From: Vicugna vicugna
Lineage: Eukaryota
Reading direction: 5' to 3'
NCBI GenBank assembly: GCA_013265495.1
Contig: MU058636.1
Coordinates: forward strand, 5,615,741 to 5,679,740
DNA: 64,000 nt
Position numbers and translations under genes: made by a program. The notes beneath the pieces were generated by a model. That model saw only the letters and a program-made list of their open reading frames with translations, did not search any database and was not told the DNA's origin. How positions within the stretch are numbered: position 1 is the stretch's first letter; each line of letters begins with the position of its first letter. This document shows, piece by piece, positions 49,440 through 63,639 of the stretch.

Positions 49440-51470
49440 TCTGCCAAAGATGGACTTAAAGAAAAAACCAGATTCATCCTCTAACCTATGAATTAGAAAA
49501 GCTGGATAAAAATACAAAAAGGATCTCTTTGATGGCACCTTGAGAGGACAAAAGCCTGAAGAGAAGGTGCAGAGAAGTCTGTCCATATTCAACTTTGTTT
49601 CTCCCCTTGATTCATTTGACAATTTAGAAGCTGTTCCAGAGGCTAAGTCACTCAGAAAGTGGCAGCTAAGAAGCAGGGAAGCCAAGAAGAGCTTTCAGGA
49701 GTCCCATGGTTCTGAACAAATAAAAATTGACAACTAGGGAGGAAGAGCCCTTGAAAACACCTCAGGCTTCTAGCTGGGACACAAAAAGGGTCACCCTAGG
49801 AGTAAGAACGAACCTGAAACAGACTAGATCTGACAGACTGAAAACCGTATAGGCTAAGATGTTCTGCTCTGGGCCTCGTTTCCTAACAGAAGCAAAAGTA
49901 AAATCCTTATTGAAGTAAAAAACATCCCTCAGAGCCTGATTTTTCCCATAAACAAAGACAGCATTCTATTAAGAATTTCTGGGCATACCAGGAAACAGGA
50001 ATAAGAAAAAGGCAACAGAAACAAGACCCACAGATGACCTAAATATTGGTGTTATTAGGCAAAGACTTAAGAATTTCTCTAGAGAACTGGAATCTATGAA
50101 TAAGAATCAAATAGAAATTCTAGAAGCTGAAAAATACAATGACTCAACAAATTGGAAATTTAATTTAAAATATTTAAAATCAAATAAAAATTTAAAAACT
50201 TATTTATAATAAAACAAAAAACATGAAATGCTTAGGCATAAATTTAACAATATATGTGCAAGACCTTTGTGCTAAAAATTACAAAGAGAAAAACTGAAAT
50301 AGAGAGATACAGAGATAATGCCATGATCATAGACTGGAAATTTTAATATTCTTAAGATGTCAAGTCTTCCCAAAGTGATCAACAAATTCAGCAGAATCCC
50401 AACCAAAATCCCAGAAGGCTTCTTTTACAAATTGAAAATTTGCCAATTCTAAAATTTATATTAAAATGCAAAAAACTTAGAATGGCCAAAAGAATATTGA
50501 GAAAAAAAAAGTTGGATAAGTTGGCATACAGATACACACATGTTTACTTATCAATGGAACTGAATAGAGATTCAGAAAATCAGCTGATTTTCGATCAAGG
50601 TGCAAAGGTAACTCAGGGGAGGAAAGGAGATTCTTTTCAACAAATGCTGCTGGAATAGCTGGATTCTTATTTTGAAAAATGTAAGTATCAACACGTATTT
50701 TTTTACCATAAGGAAAAATTAATCTTCAATGGATGATAGGCCTAAAAGTAATATACTGTGAATATTACAAAATAATAAGAGGACTTTATTTATAACTTTT
50801 ATGCCAATGATCTTTAATATTTGGGCAATATGTACAAACTCCTAGAAAAATACAATGTACAAAAACTTTTCTTCAAAAGACAAAATATTAAGAAAATAAA
50901 AAGGCCACAAACTGGGAGAAAAATATTCACAACGCTCACTTTGACAAAAAAAAAAATGTACACAGGGAAGGGGAAGTGGAGAGGTATTATTCAAAAGGTA
51001 TAAAGTTTGGTAGACAAAATGATTAATTCCTAGAAATCTACTATACAGCACAGTTAACTGTAGGGACAGTTAACGATACTGTATTGTATAAAAATTCACT
51101 AAGAGGGTAGCACTTACGTTAAGCGCTTTTATTTTTAAAAATGATAAATACTGAGGGTAGGAGGAAACATTTGGGAAGTGATGGGTATGTTTATGGCATA
51201 CACTGCAGTGACAGTTTTGTGGATGTATACTTAGTTCCAAACACATCAGTTGTATACATAAATATGTACAACTTTTGTAGGTCAGTCATACCTCAAGAAA
51301 GAAAAAAGGCGGGTACATTAATACGTAGGTAACTGCTACAACTCAATTATAAGAAAACAAAATCAGTTTTTAAATTGGCAAAAGTTTCAAACACATTTCA
51401 TAAAAGTGAAGTGTCACTGTATACCCGCTCAAATGGCTAAAATTAAAGATGGACGATACTAACTGTTGGC
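49440..51470 (+). mobile_element. Old L1M fragments with a nested L1MB-type 3' end (about 50960-51300)
   Basis: 'ggcataaatttaacaatatatgtgcaagacct', 'aattctaaaatttatattaaaatgcaaaa', 'aaattcactaagagggtag', 'gtgatgggtatgtttatggc'. Confidence 0.8.
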
Positions 51471-53330
51471 ATTTGACAGAAAGACCCATCATCCTTTTAA
51501 ACTGGAAGGAAGATAATTAAAGAGTGCAGATGCAGACAGATTAGATGGTGGGAAGACGAGAGAATTCTTGGCTAGGCTCACAATTCTTTTTCCCATAAGG
51601 GATGAGGCAAAGTCATTGGTTGAGGAGGAAGCTGGTAATATGAAGAGGAAAGAAAAAGAATGAAATAACAGGTTTAAAGAGAGTAAAGTAACTACAGAAA
51701 GGAGTAGGATGACTGGAGTGTGGGAGAGACCATTTGGGTGACATTACATTACTCCACCTGATTGTTAAGCTCCTGGGTATAAGCACAGAAAAGATAAATG
51801 CATGAGTTCATTATGAGCTGGGTTTTGCCAGGCCGGTAGTATATAAGTCAGGGATAAAAGAGTTGAGGAAATTTGCAGGGAAGTGATTTAATGCCACTGT
51901 TTGTGAATATATATTAAATTAAGTAAATTAAGTAAATAAGCAATTCTTTACACTGTGAAGACCTATGTTAGTGTAAGTGTAACAGTGGCAAAACTAAGTA
52001 CACCCTCAATTCATACGTGGTACAGAGAGGAAAGGAATGTAGAGGTTAAAATAAGCACCTAAATGCAATATATCCAAAACTGAACCATCTAATGATGTAA
52101 AGAACTTATTCCTTATTCTACACAGTTTGAAGTCTAAAATTTATTTTTCCTTGTTTTCCAAATCAGCCTTTCCACATCTATTTAAGCTTTAGCATTAATC
52201 TTTTCTTTCATGTGTTTCCTACTATCTTCCGTTATGTTCCCTTGACTGCCCCGCCCCCCCATCTTGCCTCCTGCTCACACACTATTTGTGATCAGTCTTC
52301 AGTGATCCTGCGATAGTTTGTTTTGTTTTGTTTTTTGCTTTTTACATGAACACACATGCCACTCCTCTACCCAGGAGCTTTCTTTAGAATACCTACTACC
52401 AAGACCATCAGATTTTATCCAAAAACTGTAAAATGCCCTTATTTGTCCACTTCAGATAATCTTTCTTACATTCCCCAGATTCCCTCTACTTCTCTCAGTG
52501 TAACTGCTTAAGTCTATTCGTTTCCTTCTGGTTTTCACAAGTACTCAGTTTTTATGTAGACCGCAGATGAGAAACCACTCTGAAATACAAAGATAAAAAG
52601 TGTTTACCAAGACTGAAAAAATTTCTTGGGAGAAATTTCTTGAGATTAGTCTAAAATTAAAAGTGGGTGCGTACAGTTTCATACAGATTTTGTTTTTACA
52701 ACCTGCTAGGTTGTTTCCATGCTGTATGTAAAAACAAAACAAAGCCAGTGCACTTTTACAAGTGACTTCAGTCCATCTACTGAAGTGGTTTGCCTATACC
52801 TTGTGAAAATGAAAAAGGGGCAGAATTTTCTTTTCGAATGCTTTGCACAAGCGGCCTTCCTTTAGTTAACAAAATTTGACAAAGACCAAGACCATGCCAT
52901 GAAACACAGAATATGTTTCTAACAAAAATGGGAAAGTAAAGTTAATGAATTCCTCAAATTCTTAACAGAAGCACTGTTAAAAGCCAAAAGACACACTGCC
53001 TTACATATTTAAAAAGCATTTTCAGGTTCTACACAGATATTCTATTTGCCTCCGTTCCTTTTTCCCTGTGACACCCCTACCGCCCGAGGAGTGATGCTTA
53101 AACACAGTATGGGTGGGTCAAGACGGTTCAGGAACAGATTTGCAGGCAAAAGCCGGTTACATCCCAGCACTGGGACGGCGCCCAGCAGACCTCTGGGTCG
53201 CTTAAAGAGTCAAGAGGAAAATACAGTTTGAATTTCTACCTCATATACCATTAACTTTCCACAAAGATTTCCAGAAACCTGACTCACAGCCAGAAACCCA
53301 AACCCCGTGGACGGGAGGAAAAAAAAAAAA

Positions 53331-53922
53331 NNNNNNNNNNNNNNNNNNNNNNNNNNNNNNNNNNNNNNNNNNNNNNNNNNNNNNNNNNNNNNNNNNNNNN
53401 NNNNNNNNNNNNNNNNNNNNNNNNNNNNNNNNNNNNNNNNNNNNNNNNNNNNNNNNNNNNNNNNNNNNNNNNNNNNNNNNNNNNNNNNNNNNNNNNNNNN
53501 NNNNNNNNNNNNNNNNNNNNNNNNNNNNNNNNNNNNNNNNNNNNNNNNNNNNNNNNNNNNNNNNNNNNNNNNNNNNNNNNNNNNNNNNNNNNNNNNNNNN
53601 NNNNNNNNNNNNNNNNNNNNNNNNNNNNNNNNNNNNNNNNNNNNNNNNNNNNNNNNNNNNNNNNNNNNNNNNNNNNNNNNNNNNNNNNNNNNNNNNNNNN
53701 NNNNNNNNNNNNNNNNNNNNNNNNNNNNNNNNNNNNNNNNNNNNNNNNNNNNNNNNNNNNNNNNNNNNNNNNNNNNNNNNNNNNNNNNNNNNNNNNNNNN
53801 NNNNNNNNNNNNNNNNNNNNNNNNNNNNNNNNNNNNNNNNNNNNNNNNNNNNNNNNNNNNNNNNNNNNNNNNNNNNNNNNNNNNNNNNNNNNNNNNNNNN
53901 NNNNNNNNNNNNNNNNNNNNNN
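53331..53922. other. Assembly gap (592 N)
   Basis: Run of N. Confidence 1.
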
Positions 53923-53945
53923 GGAAAAAAAAAAAAAAAAAAAAA

Positions 53946-54510
53946 CCTACTACGCCACCTCCGCCTTCCCGGGCCAGGAAACGTGCAAAGATGGAGACAG
54001 ACGCACGCGCCAGCGGCGCCTACGTCCCCACAATGCGCAAGCGCAGGGCGAGGCCCCGCCCCCTCGCGCTCCCGAGGAGGCGCGCGCACCAGAAACCAGC
54101 TCCCGCTGGCGCCGCCGGGGGCTTCCGCCCCGAGGCCCGGGAGTCGCCGTTCGGTTCCGGTTCTAGCCCCGCCCCCTGGCGGGGACCCTGCAGAAGTCTC
54201 AATATCCGGGACCAGAGGCTGGCGCCAGCGCGCATTTCCGGCAACGGGCGCGAAGGAAAGGATCCGGTGACGCCTCTTCCCGTCTCGTCAGCCGCCTGGG
54301 CTTCGGCTCTCGGTGCGGCAGCGCCATCTGGTGCCGAGTCTCGGGCTGCCCGCACAGGGGCGCGCGCCTTTCTCTCGGAACCTTCCAGAGAAAACGCGGC
54401 CCCATTTTCCCCTCTCCCGCCCTCGGGAAGGAAGAGACCCGAGACTCCGCCCTGCCGAGTCCCCCGCGAGGTACTTTGCAGGACTTCGAAGCTCAGGCTG
54501 CCTGTGCGTG
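53946..54510. promoter_or_regulatory. CpG-island promoter, probably bidirectional
   Basis: High GC and CpG content; NRF1-like tgcgcaagcgca 54034-54045; GC boxes about 54052 and 54166; ETS ttccgg about 54154 and 54236; + donor GAG|gtactt 54470/54471; - donor GCT|gtgagt 53288/53287. Confidence 0.9.
54318..54336 (-). promoter_or_regulatory. CTCF motif
   Basis: Reverse complement CGGCACCAGATGGCGCTGC matches the CCACCAGRKGGCGC-type core. Confidence 0.7.
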
Positions 54511-57500
54511 TTAACTGTCTGTTTGCAAGTTAAAGAGGAAACTGAGTTCTTTTTCTAGTTTTAAGCCGAGGAAAAAACGGTTCCTTTTTTGTGTCCTTGT
54601 CCCTTGTTCTTGGGCCCCTCGAGTCATCCCCACCTCAATTCCTTAGTTTGTCGGGACTGGGGCCCCAGCATTTCTCGCTTGGTGGGAAGATGGCACAGGC
54701 ATTGTGACTTTGGTTTCTGCTATGAAGAGCTTTTCTTTCTTTTCACTTACTAAGCAGTGTTGGAAAAATATGCAGTGTACGTGTCTGGAGCCCACGGAGG
54801 AGCGGAGAATTTAGTGGATAATTTGGTTTAAAAACAGGCTAGGGAAATTTAGGAATAGTAGCCTCAGAAACACTCAGGATGAATATAGATTTGTTTACGT
54901 GTCATCTTTTAGCTACCCAGAGAAGAAAAATTTCTCCCAAGTCAGCAAAATCAATGTAAATTCTCTTATGATGATGAATTGTTACTTGAAAACCTAGATT
55001 TTCCTGAGGGTCTATAGGCCTGATTGTATTAGGTAGCTAGCATTGGATTTTTCCTAGTGGTTTATTGGAATGGTGCTTTAACTGAGTATCGGAGTACTAC
55101 TGAAAGTTACGAACTAAGTTTCCTGTAGAATTCAGAGCATACTGACTTGACTGCTCCACTGGGTATTTCGGCTACAGCAGTGGTTTAACGTGAACATGCA
55201 TCAGACGTCCCTGGAAGGCTTATCGAAACAGATCGGCCTCGACACTAATGTTTTTAACTGTGAAAGTCTGGGGGTAGAGATGGGTAATTTTAGCTTATAA
55301 AATTTTTCCTTAATACTTAAGCTGTTTGTTCTAGAATCACACTGGGAATAATTTGGAACTCCAGGTTGCTTTGTCAGTAATGCATTCCACATTTGTAGGA
55401 GAAATACTGATGACACTAAAAGGGGAGAAATCTATTGTTGGGAAGTAATAAATTAAGCTCTATAACCAGTAAAGTCCTAGACAAATGAATGTTCACACGT
55501 TAAAATGACTACTACATATAAATATGTTCTATATATGATCATGTGATAGAAGTTGCTGTGATACCAATTGAAGTGAATATTTCAATTATTCTGCAGTAAT
55601 TTTTGTCCCATACATGAGCTATTGAAAATCAGTAAGTCAGAAATGACTAGAATTAAGGACAAAATTGTTATAACCTAACATTCTCACTTTGCCCTTAGGT
55701 AGACACCAGGCTTTTCCAAGTCCTTGTACATCTCCCCAAATTTCTTTGTTACTCTGAATCCTTTAACAGTCCCACTCCACTCAGACTGTGCCATTTACAA
55801 ATGTACACAATGTCTTCATTTGTAAAAACAGTCATCTTATTTGTAAAAATGGCTTACCTAATCTTTTCTGATGGCATTTTCTTTTAGGTTACTTCTGTCA
55901 AATCCTTACTGTGGCACAGCATTGACAGTGAATAAAGTGCACTGTACACTATTAAGTTTTGTTCTTGCACCTAATTGAAATACAAATATTGTTAGATAGG
56001 TTGTGGTTTCATAGTTGAAATTATCCCTTAAACTGATAAAGTTTAGAATGTTTGCTCTGATGTGACTAACCTTACTATAAAGAATAACTGATATACCCTT
56101 GATTTGTAAATTAATAGAGCTAAAGATCAACGGATAGAACTGAAATGCTTCTTTTGCAATAATTCAGTAAAGTTTCTGTGAGGCAAAAGCAATTTTAATA
56201 ATGTCACTGAAGTGATTAAAGGAGTGAATTCTTTGTGAGCTTTGAGGAATGAATCCATACTCTAAAATTTAAGTAACTTATAACAAAATTACATCAGGTC
56301 AGTGACATTGTACATTATGTGATTTTATAGAATTAGATATTAATCAGTTTCTTTCTGTATATTTTAGGCTCATCCACTAGATGGTTTATTTCTAGCTTGT
56401 GTCAGACCCTGGGTTTCCTATATTAGCCCTGTCCCTAAATCAGCCCTCAAGAGAGGAGATTCATGGGCTTGAAGAGTCCTCCTTATAGAAGAATGCAAAG
56501 CTCATTATTTGTACTAACATACGAATAAGCCCAATTTCATAGACCAATTATTACTGACAACTAAAGCCTTCAGAGTAGTAACCTACTGAATGAGTTATTT
56601 AGGCATATTAAATTTGGATACATCAACTAAAATTACTGCATTACCACAGATAACTGAGAATTCTACTTTGGTTCTCTACCAAGTTGTGTGGTGCCACTAA
56701 CTGCTGGCAACCTTGATGACTCTCGCTCTGTATGATCACATGCAGGCTATTGGAATTACCATAATGTTCAAGAGGCTTGCTTTCCTGCCAGTGTATCATC
56801 AGTGTTGTATCTGAGATGTTAACTATTCTTAATTATTACTTTTCTTCTACTTACTACCTTTCTAAAGTTATGTGAGGTTTTATATTTGTGAATTGTTTTG
56901 TACTTTTGTAATTTCCAGGTGTTATCATTTGGCTGTTATTTTCTACCTCTCAGTCTTTAAAAATCATTATTATTCTGTTCACTGGACTTCAGGTTTTTTT
57001 TCTTTTCCCTTCTAAGATGATTGAACCTCCAAGAGAAAAAAAAAAGGTTGAGAACACAAACCACTGTATTGCCCTAAGAATCTGAGTACTTTTTATCTGA
57101 ATAATTACAAAGAGTTCAAGGAAAGAAAGGCACATGTTCTGTGCTTCTTTTTAAAATGAACCTTATTACAAATCCCCTCTGGATGAGGGGAGGTGTGACA
57201 TGAAACACTCTACTCATTAGAAATGCTACCTGTTGTACTTTGGGAACATTATTAAATAACCCTACTTTACTGACTAAATGTAATTAGTAATTTATGACAT
57301 TTATTTATTTATTATGCCTATTAACATCACCACTTATCCTGGCTAATTTTGCCATTAAGCAGTATGTGAGATAATGTCATTAATTTCACTCAAGAATTGG
57401 TGGAGTTTGATACAGTAACGAGATTAAAACTCCAGTCTCAGATTTGCTTTCAAAAGTATTTTCTAATTATTCATTACTGTTGGGTTCCATTTTTTAAATC

Positions 57501-59312
57501 ATCCCTGCCATTTTCTAAAAATGTGATACATAAATGGATATGTAATGAACATCTGTGGAAAGAAGCATTTCTTGAAGGAGAAATTTTAAAGTTCTTGAAG
57601 GAGAAACTTTAAAGTAAGTTAATTTAGCTTTTACAGTGCCTTAACTATTTAGACATCTTTTTATCAATCTTACTTTTGCTACAATGAGTGGACTTGTTAA
57701 TACTTTTCATTTTAGCCTAACCATACTGATATTCACACTATGACTTGGTACTGGGACTCATTTTTCTGTTTTTTTGTACACTGGCGATATGTAGTCTTTT
57801 TGTCAATCACTGGCAATTGAATCTCTACAGCCGTAAAACTACCTTTTTATGGTGTTGGAGTTACAGTTCTCAGATTTTCTAATCTGTTGGCTTGTTATGC
57901 TTTAAGTCTCATTAAAATTACGTATCATTTCTGATAAGTTGTTCTTTGGAAGTAAGTTTGAATTAATTTGCTGTACTTATTTTAATGACTTTTCTCTCTA
58001 ATGGTGAACCACATTTATTACTGTGTCATTAAAATAATATCATTTCATGTTTGCAGTCAATTTAAATAGAAGACTAACACATTGCACATATTCCAGTAAT
58101 AATTGATATAATTTGTTATATGGATGAATTTGTTATATGGATGAATTAAAGTAGTGAGAATACTGATGCAGAGCATACTTTTTTTTTGTTAAAAAATTTT
58201 AAACTCCTGGCATTTGATAAAGATAAAATATTTTACTAAGTTTACCATACTAGTTTGTGCAATGCCAATTATAATAGTTTGGAAAAAGTAAAAGTATAAG
58301 GATATTTCTATATGACTTTTAAAATCTTAACCACAGAATTAGCCAGTTCCCAGTGGATCCTCTTCAGCAGTTATGGTATACTCTTTTATTATTAATCTCT
58401 GAGCATTGATCAGAATTAATCAGAATTATTGATCAGAATTAGTCATTAACAGTACTGAACTAACTGTATCTCCCTCTTTTTCAGTAGCCTTGATGTTTTG
58501 GTTATATAGCTTTAGGCATTGTATCAATTTCAGTGTCTTAAATGTGCTTCCATTCCAGACAAAAGTTAGTCCCATTAAGCAAATTTCTATTATATACTTT
58601 CTTTGTGTTGAGTACAGTAATATCTTCTCAACTCTAATTCCTATTGTACAAAATTCTACACACAAGGATTTATGTGCTCTTGTGCTTTTTCCACAAATGT
58701 AAGAATTTAGAATACTGTGTTTGTAAGCATATGCATGACTTTTCTTGAGAATAATTTTTAAAATTACAACAAAAGCATGGGGTCTTTGGAGGAGAAAAAG
58801 GAGGTAAAAATATATGGAAGAGCAAGTGTATGTAGATATTTTTATGTAAGCTTGGGAGAAATATAGGAAATAGGCAAAGTAAACCAAAGGAAAGAAATTG
58901 AAACATGTAAAAGCTTCAGGGTAAGAGTAGTGTTCTACTGTGGTGATTTATACAGTGGCATTAATTTCTGTTAAACATAAAACTGCATTAGGAAAGGTTT
59001 GAAGACTATCTCACAGAATACTGGCATTTTCTCCTTCATTATCCAAGTTAAATAAAGTAACTGAATGATAAAATTATAAAACACTGATTGTTTGGTGAAG
59101 ATCCAAGGGAAAATGCTTCTTAAAATTCATGTTTATAACAAAGCAAAATCACATTCATAAGCACCTTGAGAAAATTGATGGGCTAAGGAAATCCCAAAAA
59201 GTTTTTAGGAAGAAGAGTTAATAGTTACTGCACGAAGCTAATTATTACTATTTAAAAATACTTAAAATGCCATTAGTTGCCTTATTTAACGAGCTGTTTG
59301 TCGTTGTTTTAG

Positions 59313-59352
59313 ATTCACTTATAACAGCAATCCCCTAATTGTGCTTTACCTG
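59313..59352 (+). other. Candidate 40-nt 5'-UTR exon of the + strand gene
   Basis: tttaac branch point...gtttgtcgttgttttag|ATTCAC...TACCTG|gtaagg; no ATG. Confidence 0.45.
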
Positions 59353-59499
59353 GTAAGGCCTTAAGTACTTCATTCCTGCTTTCTCTTGTAATAACAGGCT
59401 TTGGGGCTGTACCTTTCATGTTGATAAGTAATGCTAGGCGAAGAAATAACGGTAAAACAACCCCAATACTTGAAGAAAACAGTTACAAATACTAAGAGT

Positions 59500-60560
59500 A
59501 TTTACAGCAATGCCTCAAATATTGCATATGCCTAAGGAGTATTTTGTATAAGAAAAATAACATTTCTTTTATTTGAAATGAGTAAAATATACATGCATCA
59601 AAATAAATTCAAAGTAGAGCAAAGTAATGTATGTAAAGAAAAGCAAAACCAAAAATCAGAAGGAAATGCAGGTGAATAGCTAATCTCCAGATAGGAGGAA
59701 AGGACCTTTTTTAAATCACAGAAGCAATCAGAAATCAAAGGAGAAGACAACTGATAATTCTTGCTACATAAAAACTTTTTAAGTTTGTGAAAGTTGTAAA
59801 GTTTGTTAAAAATTTACAGAGCAAATAAATTAGAGAAAATGTTTGGCCTTAGTATGTCAGTCCATTAAAAAAAACCCAAAATATAATTCAGAAAGGGATT
59901 TCAAGAGATTTTTAAAAAGAATTATACATAAATGTTATACTTTTCTCACTTTCCAACTGTTCTAAAAAGTAATTTTTAATTCCAACAAAGCTGCAGTGGG
60001 TATATGGTTGCCATATTTAATAAATAAAAAGAGGAAGCCCAGGTAGTCTAGATAAACAACAAATATGCAATATTTGGGGGCATATTTATTTTAAACTTAC
60101 TTGCAGTTTATATTTAACTGGCAACTTATATTTTCTCTGGTATTCCTAAGTGGGATTCTCTCATATGTAGCTGGTGGGAATTTAAATTTTGATAAACTTT
60201 TTCAAAAAAGTGATGTGTCATTATAAACCAAGAGCCTAAAAATAGTCATGACCTTTGACTTAATAGTTCTAATTCTGATAAAATAGATAAGGGAACTAAT
60301 CAGACAGGCAGTCATGGGTATAAGGATCTGTATTTGTAATAGAAAATTAGGAACAAATGTATAGTAGGGGGATTGGTTATATAAACATATCTTTGCATTA
60401 GGATATTAAGCAGCCGTAAGTATGTTGACTTCAAAAGGTAAGTGAAAATCATATTACAAAATGGTAACAGTCCCTGTATGTGGGTAATGGGATTATGGCT
60501 AATTTTATTTTCCCTTTTGTTGTATTTGTGCTTTCTGATTTCTATATAATAAGATGAATT
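59500..60560 (+). mobile_element. Old L1M fragments with a nested MER53 (about 60005-60148)
   Basis: L1-like 'tagctggtgggaatttaaatt'; MER53-like 'ggttgccatatttaataaataaaaa...cccag...tttaactgg...tattttctctgg'. Confidence 0.65.
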
Positions 60561-61543
60561 GTATAAGAGTTATAACAGTTATAAATTGCTTACGTCTACC
60601 CACTAAATAGTCTCTTGGAGTGGATATATAATGAAACAAAATCCAGTGCCTTACTATTTATAAGAGATGCAGCTAAAAGTTATTCAGAAAAATCACAAAT
60701 GAAGCAGTGAGTATACGTATATCAAACTAAGTAAAGCATGAGTATTAATATCAGATTAAGTAGAATTTATAGCAGAAAGCAATACATAGGACAGGTTTAA
60801 AATATTATAATACAGAGATATACCATATGGAAAAAAATACTGAATTAAAGCCAGGGGAAGTGAGACTTTTGGAATTGAGAAAAAGAGGACATGGCAGACT
60901 CCAGAAAACTGACTAATTTGAAAGAGGTTCTTAACATGGAACCATTGGTTGAAAAAAATCCAAATGTATAAGGCCTATCACTTCTTACAAGTGAAACACT
61001 TCATAGAAAACTTACTGACACAACATAGGTTCATGAGAAGGACTAAAGCTATTTCTGTGGAGTAGACTGGTGAGGAACATGTGATGTCTGAATCACGATT
61101 GCAGTGCTCTGGTGTTGCATATAGATAAGGTTTTGCAAAATCAGGCCTCTCAGGAACTAACAGGTACATACAACCAGCAGACAATACTGGATATAAGTGG
61201 TACATTTTGGTTAATTAAACCAATTACAAGTTTGTGATAAGTCCTTTATTTAAAAATCTCCAGAGTGCTTAAAAAAAGATTATAGTCTTGTGCTATGCAG
61301 TAATACTAACTTAGAGAATTCAGCATAGTTAGCTGTTTTGATATATATCTTACTATATACAACTACTATCTTCAATTATGCAAAAAATGAATGATGACAC
61401 TTAGGATTTTAAAAACATAGTTAAAATGGCAGAATATCTATAGCTAGGGGGACATATCTAATTTATCTATTACTCAGTCACCAAGATATCTCAGTAAATT
61501 TTCCTAGGCAGAAACAATTAACACTCTTATAAAATGAAATAGC

Positions 61544-61715
61544 CAGTGAATCTCAAAGTGTAGACCGCAGCATGGCTTCAGCTATTCTAGAGCCCTGCCC
61601 CAAACCTATTGAATCAGAAACTCTGAGAAGGAGAACCGACATTTTAAAATTTAAAAATAAGTGTTTTATCAAGTTCTCCAAGTTATCCTGATGGATTCTA
61701 TAATCTGAGAACCAC
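61544..61715. mobile_element. MER5-type MITE
   Basis: cagtgaatctcaaagtgt...ccaaacctattgaatcagaaactctg...tgagaaccac. Confidence 0.8.
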
Positions 61716-62049
61716 AAAATTAGATAAGATAATGAAAGTTTGAGCAAAAACCTAAGTTCTTAGAATTAAGGAATAATCATAGTGTCTAAAAGTAAACAAT
61801 ACAGAAACAGGTTCCTCTGAATGTTCCTCTGAATATTATGAAACTCCTCTGTGCAAAGAAGGCGCTGTGCTAGACACTTGGGGATATTAGTGAACAAAGG
61901 AGTAGAGGTACAGTGCTTGCTGAGGTTTCATTTTAATGGAACTATGTAATGCTGCTATAAACAAATTTAGCTAGATTTTTTAAATCTGTGAGCAAGGCTT
62001 CTATTGAATAATTAGGAAAATGAAAAAGAAGAAAGCAAAAGGAAAAAAA

Positions 62050-63170
62050 TAATAGTAAATGCATTAGAAAATAAGAAAAAAGTGAAGAAATCACAAAATC
62101 ATGTGTAAAGTCCCAGTAAAAATTAGAAATGATAGAGGAGTTATAACTTGTAGAAAACATATGTTAAATACATACATATAATTAATTACTAGTTATAATG
62201 ATCAAAGGGTCAGTTCAACAGGAAAATAGAACAATTATAAATATACCTAGCATATAAAAACTTTCAGAATAACTAATGAGAAATATTTGTTCATATTATT
62301 ATTATCTATATTAATAAAAATAAAGCTTTGAGAGAATTAAAAGTAGAAATAGATAAACTATGCTTCTGTATATCAGAAAATAATGCTTCAAGGATTCTAG
62401 CTACTTCCTAATTATGTTATAGATTTAATGCAATTCCAGTAAACATCATAATGAAATTTTGATTTAATTTGTTTTTCAACCTGACAAAGTTCATCTGGAG
62501 GGTTAAATAAGAGAATGTACAGAATATTTTGAAAGGAAGAGAAATGAGTTACACAAGATATAGTATAGTAGTAAAACTGTGATATCTAAAATATTGTAAT
62601 GCTGATGTCAGGATAGAACATTAATTGAATGAAATGTCCAAATATTATAACATTTTGTGTATCTTATATATTGGAAGACATTACAACATAATTTGGAATG
62701 AATACTTCAATAATTTCTGTTGATACAAATGACTGAATTTAACCTTGCAGGTATACCTCTTGGGAATCTCTTTTATGAAAATAATCCTCAAATGGAGTGG
62801 GACAAAAATATTAACTGTAGCTTTATTCATAATTGTACAGAATTTTAAACACCTGAACACTGAGTAGGGGGTTAGTTAAGATAACCATAGTTAATTTACA
62901 ACTCACAAATAGAAATATTACACTTATTAAAATGATTACAAATGGTATGTCATTATAAGGGAAAATGCTTATAAATTTTATGTGAGGTAAAATGGGAAGT
63001 AAAATCATATAAATGGTGTGATTATAACTACTTAAACGTAATAAAAATGACTTTGCATAAAGGGAATAATAGGAAATACATATACCAATATGTTAATTGT
63101 AATTTTGTGTTTTATTGTAGTCTGAGTAGAATTTTTATATTCATTTATAATTTATAATTATAAAAATAAG
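62050..63170 (+). mobile_element. Old L1ME-like fragments
   Basis: 'tataatgatcaaagggtcagttcaacaggaaa', 'atagatttaatgcaattccagt'. Confidence 0.6.
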
Positions 63171-63639
63171 CAAATATTTTCATTACTTTTTCAGGAATTA
63201 TATTAATATTTAAAAAATTCATTGCCAATTTATTTTTCAGAATTTATTACAAATTTTTTGAAAAAGATTTCTATTATTAAGATCCTGATTGTATTATACT
63301 GAAAGTTTGGTGAACATGCCAAGTGCTTATTTCCTTCATGAGTTTGAATTTCAATTGTGTGTTCTCTACACTGTCAAGTATGTGTCCCAAAGAATATTAA
63401 TAGACATTTAACCATATTTTAAAGGTGTAGTAATTATATAGTGTAATATTGATACAGGGATACACTAATTACATAAAACACTAATTACATAAAATACCCA
63501 GGAAATGTAATTCTTTTAGCCTCTGAATTGGGCAGTGCATCTCAAGATTTGTATATTATAACTGCCTGATCCCAAACCCCATAGACTCTAAGTGCCATGA
63601 AGTTCTGCCAAGTATTTCTTGAAGGTAGTGATTCTAAGG

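Noticed and set aside
53241..54558. Long ORFs (282 and 408 aa) and overlapping GC-rich ORFs
   Set aside because: Artefacts of the N run and of stop-codon scarcity in a CpG island.
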